Assembly (NCBI RefSeq): GCF_018350175.1
Contig: NC_058368.1
Location: 10,354,001-10,418,000 of the forward strand
Reading direction: 5' to 3'
DNA: 64,000 nucleotides
Source: Felis catus
Taxonomy: Eukaryota
The position numbers and the translations under genes are program-made. Every line of letters starts with the position of its first letter. Position 1 is the stretch's first letter. Below the pieces are notes generated by a model, which was not told the origin of the DNA, did not search any database, and was given only the letters and a program-made list of their open reading frames with translations. Below, piece by piece: positions 35,451 to 47,745 of the stretch.

Positions 35451-37784
35451 GTTGGCAGGTGCAGGAACCCTGCCTGGCCCACCCCAGGACCAGGTACAAA
35501 CTGGGGACTCTTACTGGGTGGCTTTCTTGCGTATCTGCAGAATGTAAAGTCGATGGCTGGTTGCTCTGTCTTTAAAATGAAATAAGGAGCCGCTTTGGAG
35601 AAAGTGCAGCGTGGAATCGAGGCCCGTATGCCCCGTCAGGTATTTCTTCTCCTTGGGAAAGGACCCAGAAACCCCAGAATTCAAACTGAGCTGTCTTTCT
35701 CTGCTTCCACCATCATCTGGCAGGTTTCCAAGGGCTACTGGGGGGGGGGGGTGTAGTGTGGGGAGCGTGAGTCTCAAAAACTCGAGCAGTGCATTGTGAG
35801 AACAAAGGTTTTTGGACAATTGACAGGTTTCTAAGGTGTTAGAACCTCTCAGACTGTAGGTACCATGGATTCAGTGGTACGGACAGGAAGGGCTTCTGAA
35901 ACCACTGTTTGTGTTACGAAAATAAGATGCCCCACGTTTCAGCTTACGTTGTGTTTCTATAAGTCAGCCACACGGTTAACCGTTCACCACTGCTCTTACA
36001 ATGTGAAGGAATCCTACGAGGTGCTGATTTTTCGGTGGTTGAGTTTATTCTGGAGTGGGTGGTATGACCAGAGATCCTTCTGCCCCTTACCTGTGACTCA
36101 GCCCGTGAAACATGCTTTTTGAGGGTGGTGTTTTGAGTCTCTTCCCCCAAAACTCCGTCTGAATTGGAATTTTCTTATTTTCACATCCTGAGTGGCATAT
36201 GGATTTTCACATTATTTGTTTAAATGAGATATGAATCAAAGAAGCAAATGATCTTTTCTTTCCTAAAATATACAGTTATTTCCTCTTTTCTTCCCTTCTG
36301 TTTAACTGTCCTTCCTATAAATATGTTTACCCTTTGGCACAGAGAGTATATTGGCCCTTGGCCAACTTTGGTGCCAAGGGAAGAAAAATTTGTATTCCAA
36401 ACTCCATTTTCCCATTGACTTCTTTGATAAAACAGAAGATGGGTTTCAGATGGAGCAATGTCGAATGGGGGTAGGTGGTGGCTCAAAAGAGGACTGTCGC
36501 GCCTCTGTGCTCACTGCCACACTCGGGGGGGAGCCAGGCCCCCTCCTCCGTCACTTCTCTCAACTGGCTGATCACCTTGTAAGTGGTGCAGAACCCATGG
36601 AATGGGGCCCAGGGGTTCCCTGCCCCTGAGTGTTGTCCACCTGTCTGCTTGCAGAATTGTGCTTGGCAGCCTCCAGTGCTGTGTGTCTCTTTTCCTGAGT
36701 TTGCTACTTGGCATCTGAGCAAAAGGCTCCATAGCTCTTCCCAGAGGTCAGGTAATATCCTGAACCTGTACATGCACCGACTTATTTTCATTCTTGTTTA
36801 GTTTCCTCCCTTTTACAGGGACGGAGGCAGGGGCTCCGAGAGGCCAAGTCTCTGGCCCCGTGTTGCTTAGCTACTAAGCGGCAGAGCCTGGATGCCACGA
36901 GGTGCGAGTCTAGATTCTGTGTATCTCTGACCAGCGTGCCGTGCTATTGTTTACAGTGGAGCCGGGCCCGGAGGCCCGGTCTCCTGCACTGCAAGCTCTT
37001 TCCCTTGTGCTTGGAAACTTTAAGGCGAGAACAGTTTAAAAGAACACCTTGTAAATCCTTGAACTACTGCCTTCTGTCTAGCTTCTCCTCTGTGCCTGGC
37101 CATTCCTTTTTGTCGTCTTTAGTTTTGTCCCTGAAATGTTGGCGTTGCCTCGCTCCCGTCTTTCCCATCCAGGCTTGTGGCTTTGGTTCCTTTGTACAGG
37201 AGGGACGCTGCCGGTGCCTCTCCTCTTGACCCCTGTGCCCGGCTCCATACCTGGCTATGGGCCGCTGCTGGGTAGATCCACGGAGTGTTCTCGGCACCTC
37301 AGGATATTGGGAACCACACTGTTTTCCCACACATCTGCTTCCCTGCCTTATTCTCTAGCTTGTGAATGGCACCCCAGTGGACTCGGCCACTCCATCCGAA
37401 TCCCGGACTCCCCTCCACTCCTTTCTCTCACTCACCAACCCCTCCGGACTCTCCCTTCCCCACCCATTCCATTGGTAGGATCTGTCTCAGCCTGTGCATT
37501 CTGCTTTGATATCTTCCAACACCTGCTTTTGCTCACAACCTGCTGTGCCCAGATGCTGCCTCGTCTGAATTCTGTCCCGTATCGTATCTCTCATTGCCTG
37601 CTCCATTAGCTTCTTAGCTGGCACGTTTGTGCCTTTTTTTGGTCCCCCCACAGCCCACCCAATAGGCTCCTCCAGAAACCTGTCTAAGGCACACATTTCT
37701 ATGTGGCACTGACTTTCTTAGAAGCTTCTCATAGCACTTAAGATAGAAGCAGACTCCCTAACGCTGACCCCTTTAATGATATGG

Positions 37785-38222
37785 CCCCTCCCCCTCCCGG
37801 ATGTCCCTGCCCCAGCACTTCCATCCTCTTAGGTGTCCCTGCCCCAGTCACCCCCCCCCCCAGGGTGTCCCTGCCCAGTCACCCCCCCCTCCCCCAGGGT
37901 GTCCCTGCCCAGTCACCCCCCCCTCCCCCAGGGTGTCCCTGCCCCAGTCACCCCCCCCCCCCGCCCCCAGGGTGTCCCTGCCCTAGTCACACCCCACCCC
38001 CAGGGTGTCCCTGCCCTAGTCACCCCCCATCCCCTTAGGTGTCCCTGCCCCAGTCACCCCCCATCCCCTTAGGTATCCCTGCCCCAGTCACCCCCATCCC
38101 CCTAGGTGTCCCTGCCCCAGTCACCCCCCCAGGGTGTCCCTGCCCCAGTCACCCCCCATCCCCCTAGGTGTCCCTGCCCAGTCACACCCCCTCCCCCAGG
38201 GTGTCCCTGCCCCAGTCACCCA
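37785..38222. repeat. GC-rich minisatellite, ~13 copies of a 27-39 bp unit (GGTGTCCCTGCCCCAGTCA + C-rich spacer)
   Basis: Core recurs at about 37801, 37832, 37863, 37897, 37931, 37970, 38003, 38038, 38072, 38105, 38132, 38167 and 38199. Confidence 0.95.
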
Positions 38223-40480
38223 AGCTTTCATGCAGAAGCCTGTTTCCAGGCCTCCTTGCTCTTGTAATTTGAAATCTCTCCTGCCTGGAATTTACTTCCT
38301 CAGGCACTGTGTCGAGCTCGCCCTAAGCAGTGCTTTCCTCCCTTTAAGCCTCCCCTTCCCTCTGCTGCCCTGCCTTGGGTGAGCTGCCCTCTGTCTCCAC
38401 CCCAGGTGCTCCCTTGGGGACTCCCATCAGAACGACAGCCATTGGAGTGGACACTTGTATGCTTGGCTGTTGACCGAGGGACTCCTCTCTCACATGAGCT
38501 CCTTGGGCAGCTGCTTATTCGTCTTCCCCAGCTCCTGGCATATTGTGTGGCAGTCATACACTCTCTGATTTTCTGTTTAACAAATGAAAATATAAATTCA
38601 TACTGCTAATGAGCTGCGAAGGCCCAAAGCACTCGGCATGTGCCAGGCCCCGTTGCGGAAACATAATGCTTGTTAAACCGTTGATCTTTGGCCACATGCC
38701 TGGGCTGGTTCTGTCCTCTGCCCATGGGGAGTGCCTGGGGCCCTTCATCCTCAGGCTGGGCGCTGGTGCCTCCAGGTGGGCGGATGGCTGCGGCCCAGTG
38801 TGGCCACGACCCCCAGGGACAGCAGATTGGTCTGAAAAGGCAGGCCCTGCCCCCTGTTGCTGGGTTGGGGTGCGATCCTTTCTGTCCCCTCTGCTGGCAT
38901 GGATTATCTTCAAAGCAGGTAATTGGAACTAAGTAAATTGGCCGTGGGCTGTGTACCCTGGAGCTTAAGGCCTCCTCTCGAGGACCTGGAATTAAACCTG
39001 GAAAGCTCCGGGAAGCTGGAGCCACTGGGGGAGGAGCCGCACTGGGTGAAGCGTTTTGTAAGTAGGTCACGGCAAGGAAAGTGAAGCCCCGCCGGCTCCC
39101 TCCCACAGCCTGGCGGAAGAAAAAGTGGGGCAGAGCCCGTGTGAGACCCGGAGCCCGCAGGGCCACCAGCTGCAAGCTTCCCGTGAGTGCTGTGGCTTCG
39201 GCCCGCCCGGATGGCGGAGAGGGCCACGCGGTTTCAGTCCCTCCCTCCAGGCTCCTGGGTGGGGCCGCGACCACCCACCGCCTAGACGCCGCCCGGACTG
39301 GCCCTAAGCGTGGTACCACCGGCAGCTTTATGGCCCCGTCCGCTGAGTTTGCAACATGTGGAACCGCACACTAAACGCTTTACGCAGTATCTCACTCCAT
39401 CCCGCGTCTTGGTGTTTTTTGTTTTCGTTTTTGTATTTAATCTGGTTTTCTGTGATCGCCGTTCTTGGGAGAGTCTGGGAGGACAGTCCAGGGAACAGGA
39501 ACAAAACGGAATTAGGAGGTGCAGTCATCTTTCCTGCAGGGGCGTGGGGTCCCTGACTCCCAACCAGGAACAAGATAAGATAGTTGATTAGTGTTGCTTA
39601 AATGCCTTGCAATGAATTCTTCTCCAGTTTTCCGGCACTCCAGGGCTTAGGCTGGCCTATAAATCTTAGTCCCAGGTTAGTTGTAAAATCTTGATTTATC
39701 TCTCAGAATAGGTGTGCTAACACATTAGTTGGCTTGAATTATTTAAAGTTATCACGGGAAGGTCTTATTTCTATTGCCCGTCCCGATTTGCACTTTAAAT
39801 ATAGTTCCCTGCAGCAATTCACAGGAATTCATGTTGAAAATAGAAAAGGGAAAATTACTTTTAAACAGCAGTTTGGCATATAAGAGCATGATTTACCTTG
39901 GAATAGTTCTCCAACTGCACATTAAGGCCAAGCTTTCAAGAATATTTTTTCCCCGCTGAATCTGGAAATTAGTATGAAACCAAACAGCCAACATCCAGCC
40001 TCACGCGGCCACTCCCTTTGGCAGAGCAGGGGGGGGATCCCTTCCTCCCTCCCCGCTCCCCCCTCCCCTCCGTTGGCTCCCAGTGTTACAGCCCCACTGT
40101 AGGGACTGTATCCTGTTAGGGTTGTTGGAGGTGACAGGCACATCCTTACCTTACTTGCCCGGTTTTCTAACTTTTCTCCTCAAATTTCACCATTTCTCCT
40201 TTTTCACGTGCTTGAAGTGTGAAAGCTCGGATTTTGTTGGCAGGAATTTTAGAAAGGATCCATTGTTTTAAGATTGGATTTATTAGCGGTCTAGCATATG
40301 CTGTGCCTTCAAAACGCATTTGGTTCCCCGGTGATTGGTTTAGATTATGGAAACATAAAGGTAAAACCAGAAGGCAAAAAAGATATTTGCTTATATTCAT
40401 TTAATGAGGATTATCTTGCCCTGTGATTTGCTCTTATACCTGAGAGTGACTCTGATGCATGTCTTATGTTAGTGCTGTAA

Positions 40481-40581
40481 TTATTTATTTTTTTTAAGTA
40501 AGCTCTGTGCCCTGCGTGGGACTTGAACTCACAACCCCAAGATCGAGTCACGTGCTCTACTGACTGAGCCAGCCACGTGCC
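40481..40581 (-). mobile_element. Short Can-SINE (tRNA-like part only)
   Basis: gtgggacttgaactcacaacc..ctactgactgagccagccacgtgccc; TSD cttatgtta[g/c]tgct[g/t]taa on both sides. Confidence 0.85.
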
Positions 40582-41505
40582 CTTATGTTACTGCTTTAAA
40601 TATTACATAATTTATTTCTATCGGGGAAATTTCACAGCAGAATGTCATAGGGACAAATGATGGTTTTGTGTGTGTGTGTGTTTTTTAAAGAATATCTTAA
40701 CTCCAGGCCTTTGTATTTTTGGAGAGAACTAAAATCTAGTTTACTCTTAACTTCAGTTAAGCCTCGCCTGAATAAAGGTATGCTGTCTTGATTACGACAA
40801 AGAGGATTTGTAGAATTCACTTGATTTATTGGGAATGTCTTCCTCCCATGTAATTCCTTCATTAAACGTACTCAAATGACATTAGTTGCTGGCTTATGAA
40901 AGGTGATGTGTTCGTACCTTTCAGAACCAATACCAAATAAAGGCATGTTTTCTTCAATATAGAGTCTGCATTCTAAAGGACTTTTGTGTTGACATACTCT
41001 TCCTTTTCACATAGCCATCTGGCCTGCAAAAAAAGTGAGGTAAGACTAAATCCTGTTTATTAGATGATGAGTCACTGAACGTGTTAAGCTGAGAAGGTTT
41101 TTTTTTTTTTTTTTTTTTATCTTGACAAAAGAGGGAATTCTAGCCCAGGGAGCTTTGACTGTCTGTGTTTGGAATTAAGAATTGATGGAGTCGGATTTTG
41201 GACTCAGAGTCGAGTCTTAGATTGACCACGGTTGTTATATCCTGCAAGCTGTTGGAATGTTCTATTTCCTGCAATTCTGTGGTGCTAAGTGGTATTAACA
41301 CGTTGTGACTTCCTTATATGATGTTCGTTAATACTTCTATTTCTGATATCTTCTCGAGGGCTTTCACTGTGCATGCTAGTTTGGAGGTTAATAAAATAAG
41401 ACCAAACCAAAGAATTAAATACCCAGAAGCAGAATTTAAAATGGTGTTTGGGCTTAAATCTTTCTTTTTAGAAGTTCATGAATGATTGGGGGTTTTTGGT
41501 TGCCG

Positions 41506-41507
<2 letters not shown>

Positions 41508-41540
<33 letters not shown>
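41508..41540. repeat. (TG)n microsatellite
   Basis: Directly visible. Confidence 0.9.
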
Positions 41541-41543
<3 letters not shown>

Positions 41544-43193
41544 AAATGAAAAAGTAGATCAGATCCTGGTGAAAATAAATTGGTTGTGGGGGGGGGGGGG
41601 GGACACAGTAAATTCCTTCATTTTGCTGGTGGATATTCCCTAGCGTAAGGAGTAGACAGCCTGTAAGTGATGTGGTCCCAGGGCCATCACAAAGACTTGC
41701 ATTCACTCATTCATTCATTTGATCAATATTTGTTGACCTTCTCCTATGTGCTGGCTGTGTTTTGGGTGTGGGGCACCACCTTCCTACCTTCACAGAGCTT
41801 ACGATAAACTAATATGTAAGGCGAGCAATAAATAAATACGTATTACGTCAGTGGTGGTAAGTGCTGTGCAGAACAATAAAGCAGAATGAGGAACGTAAGG
41901 AGGGGTGGTGTTGGGGATTTATTATTTATATGAGGTGGTCTCAGTGGGGCCTCCCGTAACATCTGCCGTTACCTAAATCTCACACGTAGAGGTTCATTTG
42001 GCTTACGGTTCAGGCTCACCCTGCCTTTTGAGATGCCATCTTGGAAATGGAAGTGATTAAACCCACGTTCATTTTACGTCTTAGTGTGAATACGTTTTAG
42101 GTTATTTCCTTGGAGCAAATGTTGATGGGAGAGGACTTGAGGCAGTGCATGTCTGCGGGTGGGGGGTAGGGAGGGGTCAGAGGCATCCGAATGGGAAAGG
42201 TCTTCTCCCGCCTCTCAGGAGGGCCTCCTCTGTTACCCCAGGAGACCTACCACTGAAGCTTCTTGTACCACATTACAGCTCCGTGGAATCGGCCGTCCGG
42301 CCCTTTGAGTCCATTACTGCTCTATGGCATTGCCCATTTTCTCCGGGGGATGCTAATTGGAGACAGCCAACTCTATGAGACGCTTTCCTCTTAGCTCCTC
42401 AGGGGAAGTGCACGATAACATTAAAGCATATTATTTTTGTCTAGTTAACCTGCCTGCCTGTTGGGTTTATTATTTTGCTTTATATTTTCAAAGTGTTACT
42501 GTCATGTTGTTGTTGTTGTTCTAAACGTGGAGCCTAGATGTGTCTCTAGGGTACAGGGATGCCTTTATCTGTGGGCTCCAACTTGAAACCTTAAATCGTT
42601 CTAAATAGGGAATGATCTTCGCTCCTCTCGCTGTCTTGGCCCCACCGCATTAGTGGGTTCTGTGAACGGCCCTGCGTGAGGCAGCATTATCTGCACCACA
42701 CTTCCAGCCTGGGAGCCTCTGAGACGGAAAGCTTGCCCCAGATTCAGCTCTGTTGCCTGCCAGGCTCTGGCAGTGATCGTGCGAGGAGGGAGTTGAACTG
42801 CTTCCCGCTGGATTCTCAGGAATCCCCCCTTTGCTTTGGAAGGCACCGTCGAGTTGCTAAGAAGTTGTATTTTGTACACATCAATTTCGTAGTTTATATC
42901 CGTAGACACACGTGGTATGTGCACAGGTTCCAATTCCTTTGAGGTTTATTTCTTCAGCTTGGTAGCCTAAGCACGTTGGCTGTGCACCGATGAATAATTT
43001 GAGGTCCGGAGATGAACGCGGCCAGTGGTACTAGTTTGCAGCAAATGCAGCTGGTTTTAAAAATGAGCAAAAATATGTCTTCTTCAAGCACCCTTTCTTC
43101 CCCCCCCTCCCCCCCCGTTTTAAGCGAGACTGTTAAATACGAGAATGAATCTTAACTGGTGATCTTAATGTAAAAATGTTTTCTTTTTTCCAG

Positions 43194-43243
43194 CTTTTGC
43201 TTTGGTTTCTGAAGATACAAAGAAAGAGGTCAAGCAATCTAAG
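43194..43243 (+). CDS. B3GLCT: B3GLCT coding exon 2 (AFALVSEDTKKEVKQSK)
   Basis: Acceptor ttttcttttttccag| and donor AAG|gtacta; 50 nt; peptide SEDTKKEVKQS matches the recalled B3GLCT sequence. Confidence 0.95.
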
Positions 43244-43423
43244 GTACTAATTCTAATGATCAAATCTATTCTTCCTGTCTGAGATTCACTTATATTTTCT
43301 TTAATGGCAGCTGTAATGATTTCATCTTACAATAGTTCTCAGATTTCTTTTCACGAATTAATGAAATGTTGGTCCACGCAGATTTTTAATCTCTCGTGGC
43401 AACCTGCAGATAAACTTGCTTTA

Positions 43424-43686
43424 TTTATTTTTTATTTTATTTTTTTTAATTTAAATCCAAGTTAGTTAACATACAGTGTAACAATAATTTCAGGAATAGA
43501 ATTTAGTGATTCATCACTTACATGTAACACCCAGCGCTCATCCCAACAAGTGCCTGCCTTAATGCCCATCATCCATTTAGCCCATCCGCCCACCCCACAT
43601 CCCTCCAGCAGCCCTCGGTTTGTTCTCTGCAGTTAAGAGTCTCTTATGGTTTGTTCCCTCTCTGTTTTTTTTTTATCTTATTTTTT
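43424..43686 (-). mobile_element. 5'-truncated carnivore L1 (3' UTR only)
   Basis: aacacccagcgctcatcccaacaagtgcc and tttgttctct..gttaagagtctcttatggtttg, shared with the L1 at 50273; 16-bp TSD agataa[a/g]cttgcttta (43408-43423, 43687-43702). Confidence 0.9.
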
Positions 43687-44222
43687 AGATAAGCTTGCTT
43701 TAAAAAAAAAATCCCTTAGTAGTTACAGCAGACCAAGTAGGTTTCAAAAAAAGTATTTTGATATGGATTTAGACATCATAGAAGTCTTGCTGGGATGCCT
43801 CAGTTTTCTCTAGTCTGACCACATCTAAACTGGGCTGCATTTTCCCAGTCTGAGAGAGAGAAGTAGTATGCTGTGTCCCCGGGGTCACAAGAGCCTGAGT
43901 CTCCCTCACTTTGTAGGTGGCACCGTGTGGCAGTACTGAAGATGACTGCCAGGCTTTTTGCACAGTTGGGACTAGGAACCGAGACCCTGGGACTTGATGG
44001 AGACGGGATAAAACTCAGCCAAAAATCTCAGAGCGGCTGCTTTCCCACAATTGTTTGTGTTCAAGAACCTCATCTAAAGTTTACCATTTCGGCTTTGCGC
44101 TAGATGAGTTTAGCAGATGAGAAAGAGAAACCATATTTGAAGAATGTGAGTTGTCTTTATCATATTCGCTAAGGTTCGGTCGACTTCATTTTTTTTTTAA
44201 TCTCACGATTAGCGTAACAGCG

Positions 44223-44436
44223 TTTTTGATTTTTATTTTTTGTAATGTTTGTTTATTCTTGAGACAGAGCATGAGCAGGGGAGGGGCACAGAGAGAGGGA
44301 GACACAGAATCTGAAGCAGGCTCCAGGCTCTGAGCTGTCAGCACGGAGCCCGACACGGGGCTCAAACCCATGAATTGTGAGATCATGACCTGAGCCGAAG
44401 TGGGATGCTTAACCGACTGAGCCACCCAGGCGCCCC
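44223..44436 (-). mobile_element. Can-SINE
   Basis: T-rich tail; ends gagccacccaggcgcccc. Confidence 0.93.
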
Positions 44437-44650
44437 AAAACATTTTTTTTTTTTTAAATAGAATGTTTCTTTTGTCAACACAGTGTTGTCTTTTCTAACT
44501 ATACTGTGGGTTTCCTACAGGAACAATAATAATACTTTCCTTTGGTTTTAAGATCCTTTATGGTTAATAAAACATTTTCAGACATTTCACTTAAAACTTG
44601 ATCTTCTCAATGATCCTGTTATTGCCAAGCAAAAGAGAGATTCCCACGTC

Positions 44651-45944
44651 CAGGCACACCTCAGGGAGGATGTGGGTTTGGTTCCACCGCAGTAAAGAGA
44701 GTTAAATGCATTTTTTTGGTTTTCAGTGCATAATAAAAGTCCTATTTAAACTATATTGTTGTCTGTTAAGTGTGCGATAGCATTATGTCTAAAAAATATA
44801 CATACCTCAGTTGCAAAGTACTTTATTGCTACAAAATGCTAACCATCATCCGTGCTTTCAGTGACTTGCAATCTTTTAGCTGGTGGAGGGTCTTGCCTCA
44901 ATGTTGATAGCTGCTGACCGATCAGGGTGGGCTTCCTGGAGGCTGGGGTGGCCGTGGCAGTTTCTTAAGACGACAGTGAATTTTGCCTCCTCGATGGACT
45001 CTTCCTTTCACGAACGACTGCTCTGTAGCCTGTGATGCTGTTTGGTAGCATTTCACCTACAGTAGAACTTCTTTCAAAACTGGAGGTAGTCCTCTCAAAT
45101 CCTGCTGTTGCTTTACTTACTAAGTTTGTGCAATATTCCAAATCCCTTGTCGCTTCAACAAGCTTCACAGCGTCTTTGGCAGGAGCAGAGTCCGTCTCGA
45201 GAAACCACGATTTTTGCTCAGCCTCGAGAAGCAGTCCTCACCCGATCACGTCCTGTCACGAGATCGCGGCAACGCCGTCCACCTTCAGGCCCCTCTTCTC
45301 GTCCTGGTTCTCTCGCTGTTTCCACCACATCCGCAGCGACTGCCTCCACTGACGTCCTGAACCCCCCAAAGTCATCCCGAGGGTGGGAATCAACTTCTTC
45401 CAAGTGCCTGTGCGTGTTGATATTTTGGCCTCTTCCCATGAATCACGAATGTCCTGAATGGCCTCTAGAATGCTGAATCCTTTCCAGAAGGTTTTCAATT
45501 TGCTTTTCTCAGATCCATCAGAGAATCACTGTGAGAACCGTAGCCTTATGAATGTGTTTCTTTTTCTTTTTTTGTTTTTAATGAAAACATTTTAATTCTA
45601 GTGTAGTTAATATACAGTGTTGTATTAGTTTCAAGTGTATAGTGTGGCAATTCAACAATTCCATGTATTAGAGTTCATCAAGATAAGTGTGCTCTTAATT
45701 CCCTTAGCCTGTTTTACCCACCTCCCCCACCCCCTATGGCAACCCTCTATTCTCTATAGTTAAGAGTCTTGCTTTGTCTCTTTTTTCCTTTGTTCATTTA
45801 TTTCTTAAATTCCACATATGAGTGTAATCATACGGTATTTGTCTTTCTCCGACTAGCTTATTTTGCTTAGCATTATACTTTCTAGCTCCATCCATGTTGT
45901 TGCAAATGACAAGATATCATTATTTTTATGACTGAATAATATTC

Positions 45945-45980
<36 letters not shown>

Positions 45981-47745
45981 CTTCTTTATCCATTCATCTA
46001 ATGTTAGACACTTGGGCAGCTTCCATAATTTGGCTCTTGTAAACAATATTGCAAGAAACCTAGGGGTGCACATATCCTTTTGAATTAGTGTTTTTGTATT
46101 CTTTGGATAAATACCCAGTAGTGTGATTGCTGGATCACAAGGCAGTTCCAGTTTTAATTTTGAAGAACCTCCATACTGTTTTACACAGTGGCTGTACCAG
46201 TTTGCATTCCCACCAACAGTACACGAGGGTTCCCCTTTCGCCACATCCTCACCAACACCTGTTGTTTCTTGAATATTTTAGCCAGGATGTGTGTTTCTTA
46301 AATAAAAAGACTTGAGAGTCAAAGTGACTCCCTGATTCATAGGCTGCCGAATGAATGAATGCTGTGTCAGCAGGCATGAAAGCAACATTCATCTCATTGT
46401 ATGTCACCTCAGAGCTCTTGGGTGACCAGGTGCCTTATCATCGAACAGTAATATTTCCAAAGTAATTTTTATTTTTTTCTGAGCAGGAGGTCTCAAAAGT
46501 GGTCTTCGAATATTTAATAAACCTTACTGTAAATGATGTGCTGTCCTCCAGGCTTTCTTGTTCCATTTATAGAGCACAGAGTAGGGTTAGCATAATTCTT
46601 AAGGACCCTAGGATTTTTGCAGTCGTTGATGTGCATTGACCTTAACTTTAAGTATCAGCTGCACTGGCCCCTAACAAGAGAGTCAGCCTGTCCTTTGAAG
46701 CTTTGTAGCCAGGCATTGACTTCCCTTCTCTAGCTCTGAAAGTCCTCGATGGCATCTTCTGCCGACAGAAGGCTCTTTTGTCTACACTGAAAACCTGTTG
46801 TGCAGTGTAGCGACCTTCCTGAATTTTCTTAGCCAGACCTTCTGGGTAACTTGCTGCAGCCCCAACACCAACACTTGCTGCTTCACCTTGAACTTTTATG
46901 TTATGGAGACGCCTTCTTTCCACAAACCTCATGAACCCACTTCTGTTAGCCTCACACTTTTCCTCTGCGGCTTCCTCACCTCTCTCAGCCCTCACAGAAT
47001 TGAAGAGAGTTAGGGCCTTGCTCCGGTTTAGGCTTTGGTTTAAGGGAATGCTGTGGTGGGTGTGATCTTCTAACCAGATCCCTTAGACTTTCTCCACATC
47101 AGCGAGGCTGTTTCTCTTTCTTACCATCTGTGTGTTCACTGGAGTTACACTTTTAATGCCCTTCAAGAACTTTTCCTTCACACTCACAGCACGGCGAATG
47201 GTCGGCACAAGAGACCTCGCTTTCAGCCTGTCTCGGCTTTCAACATGCCGTTTCTCACGAAGCTTCATCATTTCTAGCTTTTGACTTAAAAGTGAGAGGC
47301 ATGAAGCTCTTCCTTTCACTCGAGCACTTGGAGGCCGCTGTACGGTTACTCAACTGGCCTAATTTCAATATTGTTGCGTCTCAGGGAACAGGGAGCCCAG
47401 AGAAGAGGGAGGGAGATGGGAAACAGAACACGCACAACATTCATCCTTGAAGTTCACCATTTACATGGTGTTCCTGGCATCCCAAAACCATTACAGTAGG
47501 AACGCCAAAGATGACTGATCACAGATCATCCTAAGAAGTGTAATAATAATGAAAAAAAAAGGAAATATGAGGATCACCAAAATGTGACACAGAGACACAG
47601 AGTGAGCAAATACTCTTGGAGAAATGGTGCCGATAGACATGCTCAACGCAGGGTTGCTACAGACCTTCAATTTGTAAAAAAAAAAACAAAAACACAGCGT
47701 CTGCAAAGCATGATAGAGGAAAGCATAATAAACCACAGAATGCTG
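44651..47745 (-). mobile_element. Near full-length Tigger1 (TcMar/pogo) with decayed transposase, interrupted by an L1
   Basis: Left end caggcacacctc, right end ..aatgctg|ta; - strand ORF fragments [33 protein letters not shown] (46648..46995), KTFWKGFSILEAIQDIRDSWEE (45256..45498) and AGFERTTSSFERSSTVG (44965..45168) are Tigger1/TIGD1-like; ~2.37 kb after removing the L1. Confidence 0.92.
45563..46289 (-). mobile_element. 5'-truncated L1 inserted in Tigger1
   Basis: ORF 45882..46244 gives the L1 ORF2 C-terminus ([23 protein letters not shown]); direct repeat tgtgtttctt at 45553-45562 and 46290-46299; internal (TG)n at ~45947-45977. Confidence 0.9.

Noticed and set aside
37785..38222. Repeat-spacer appearance (CRISPR-like) and Pro/Cys-rich ORFs
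   Set aside because: The spacers are similar C-runs rather than unique sequences, the context is a mammalian intron and there are no cas genes; it is a minisatellite and the ORFs are its translations.
38606..39319. 237-aa minus-strand ORF in intron 1
   Set aside because: Falls in a GC-rich patch with ORFs in several frames, has a non-ATG start and no recognisable homology.
44965..47319. Domesticated TIGD1-like gene
   Set aside because: The transposase frame is broken by multiple stops and frameshifts and by an L1 insertion; it is a decayed Tigger1 copy.
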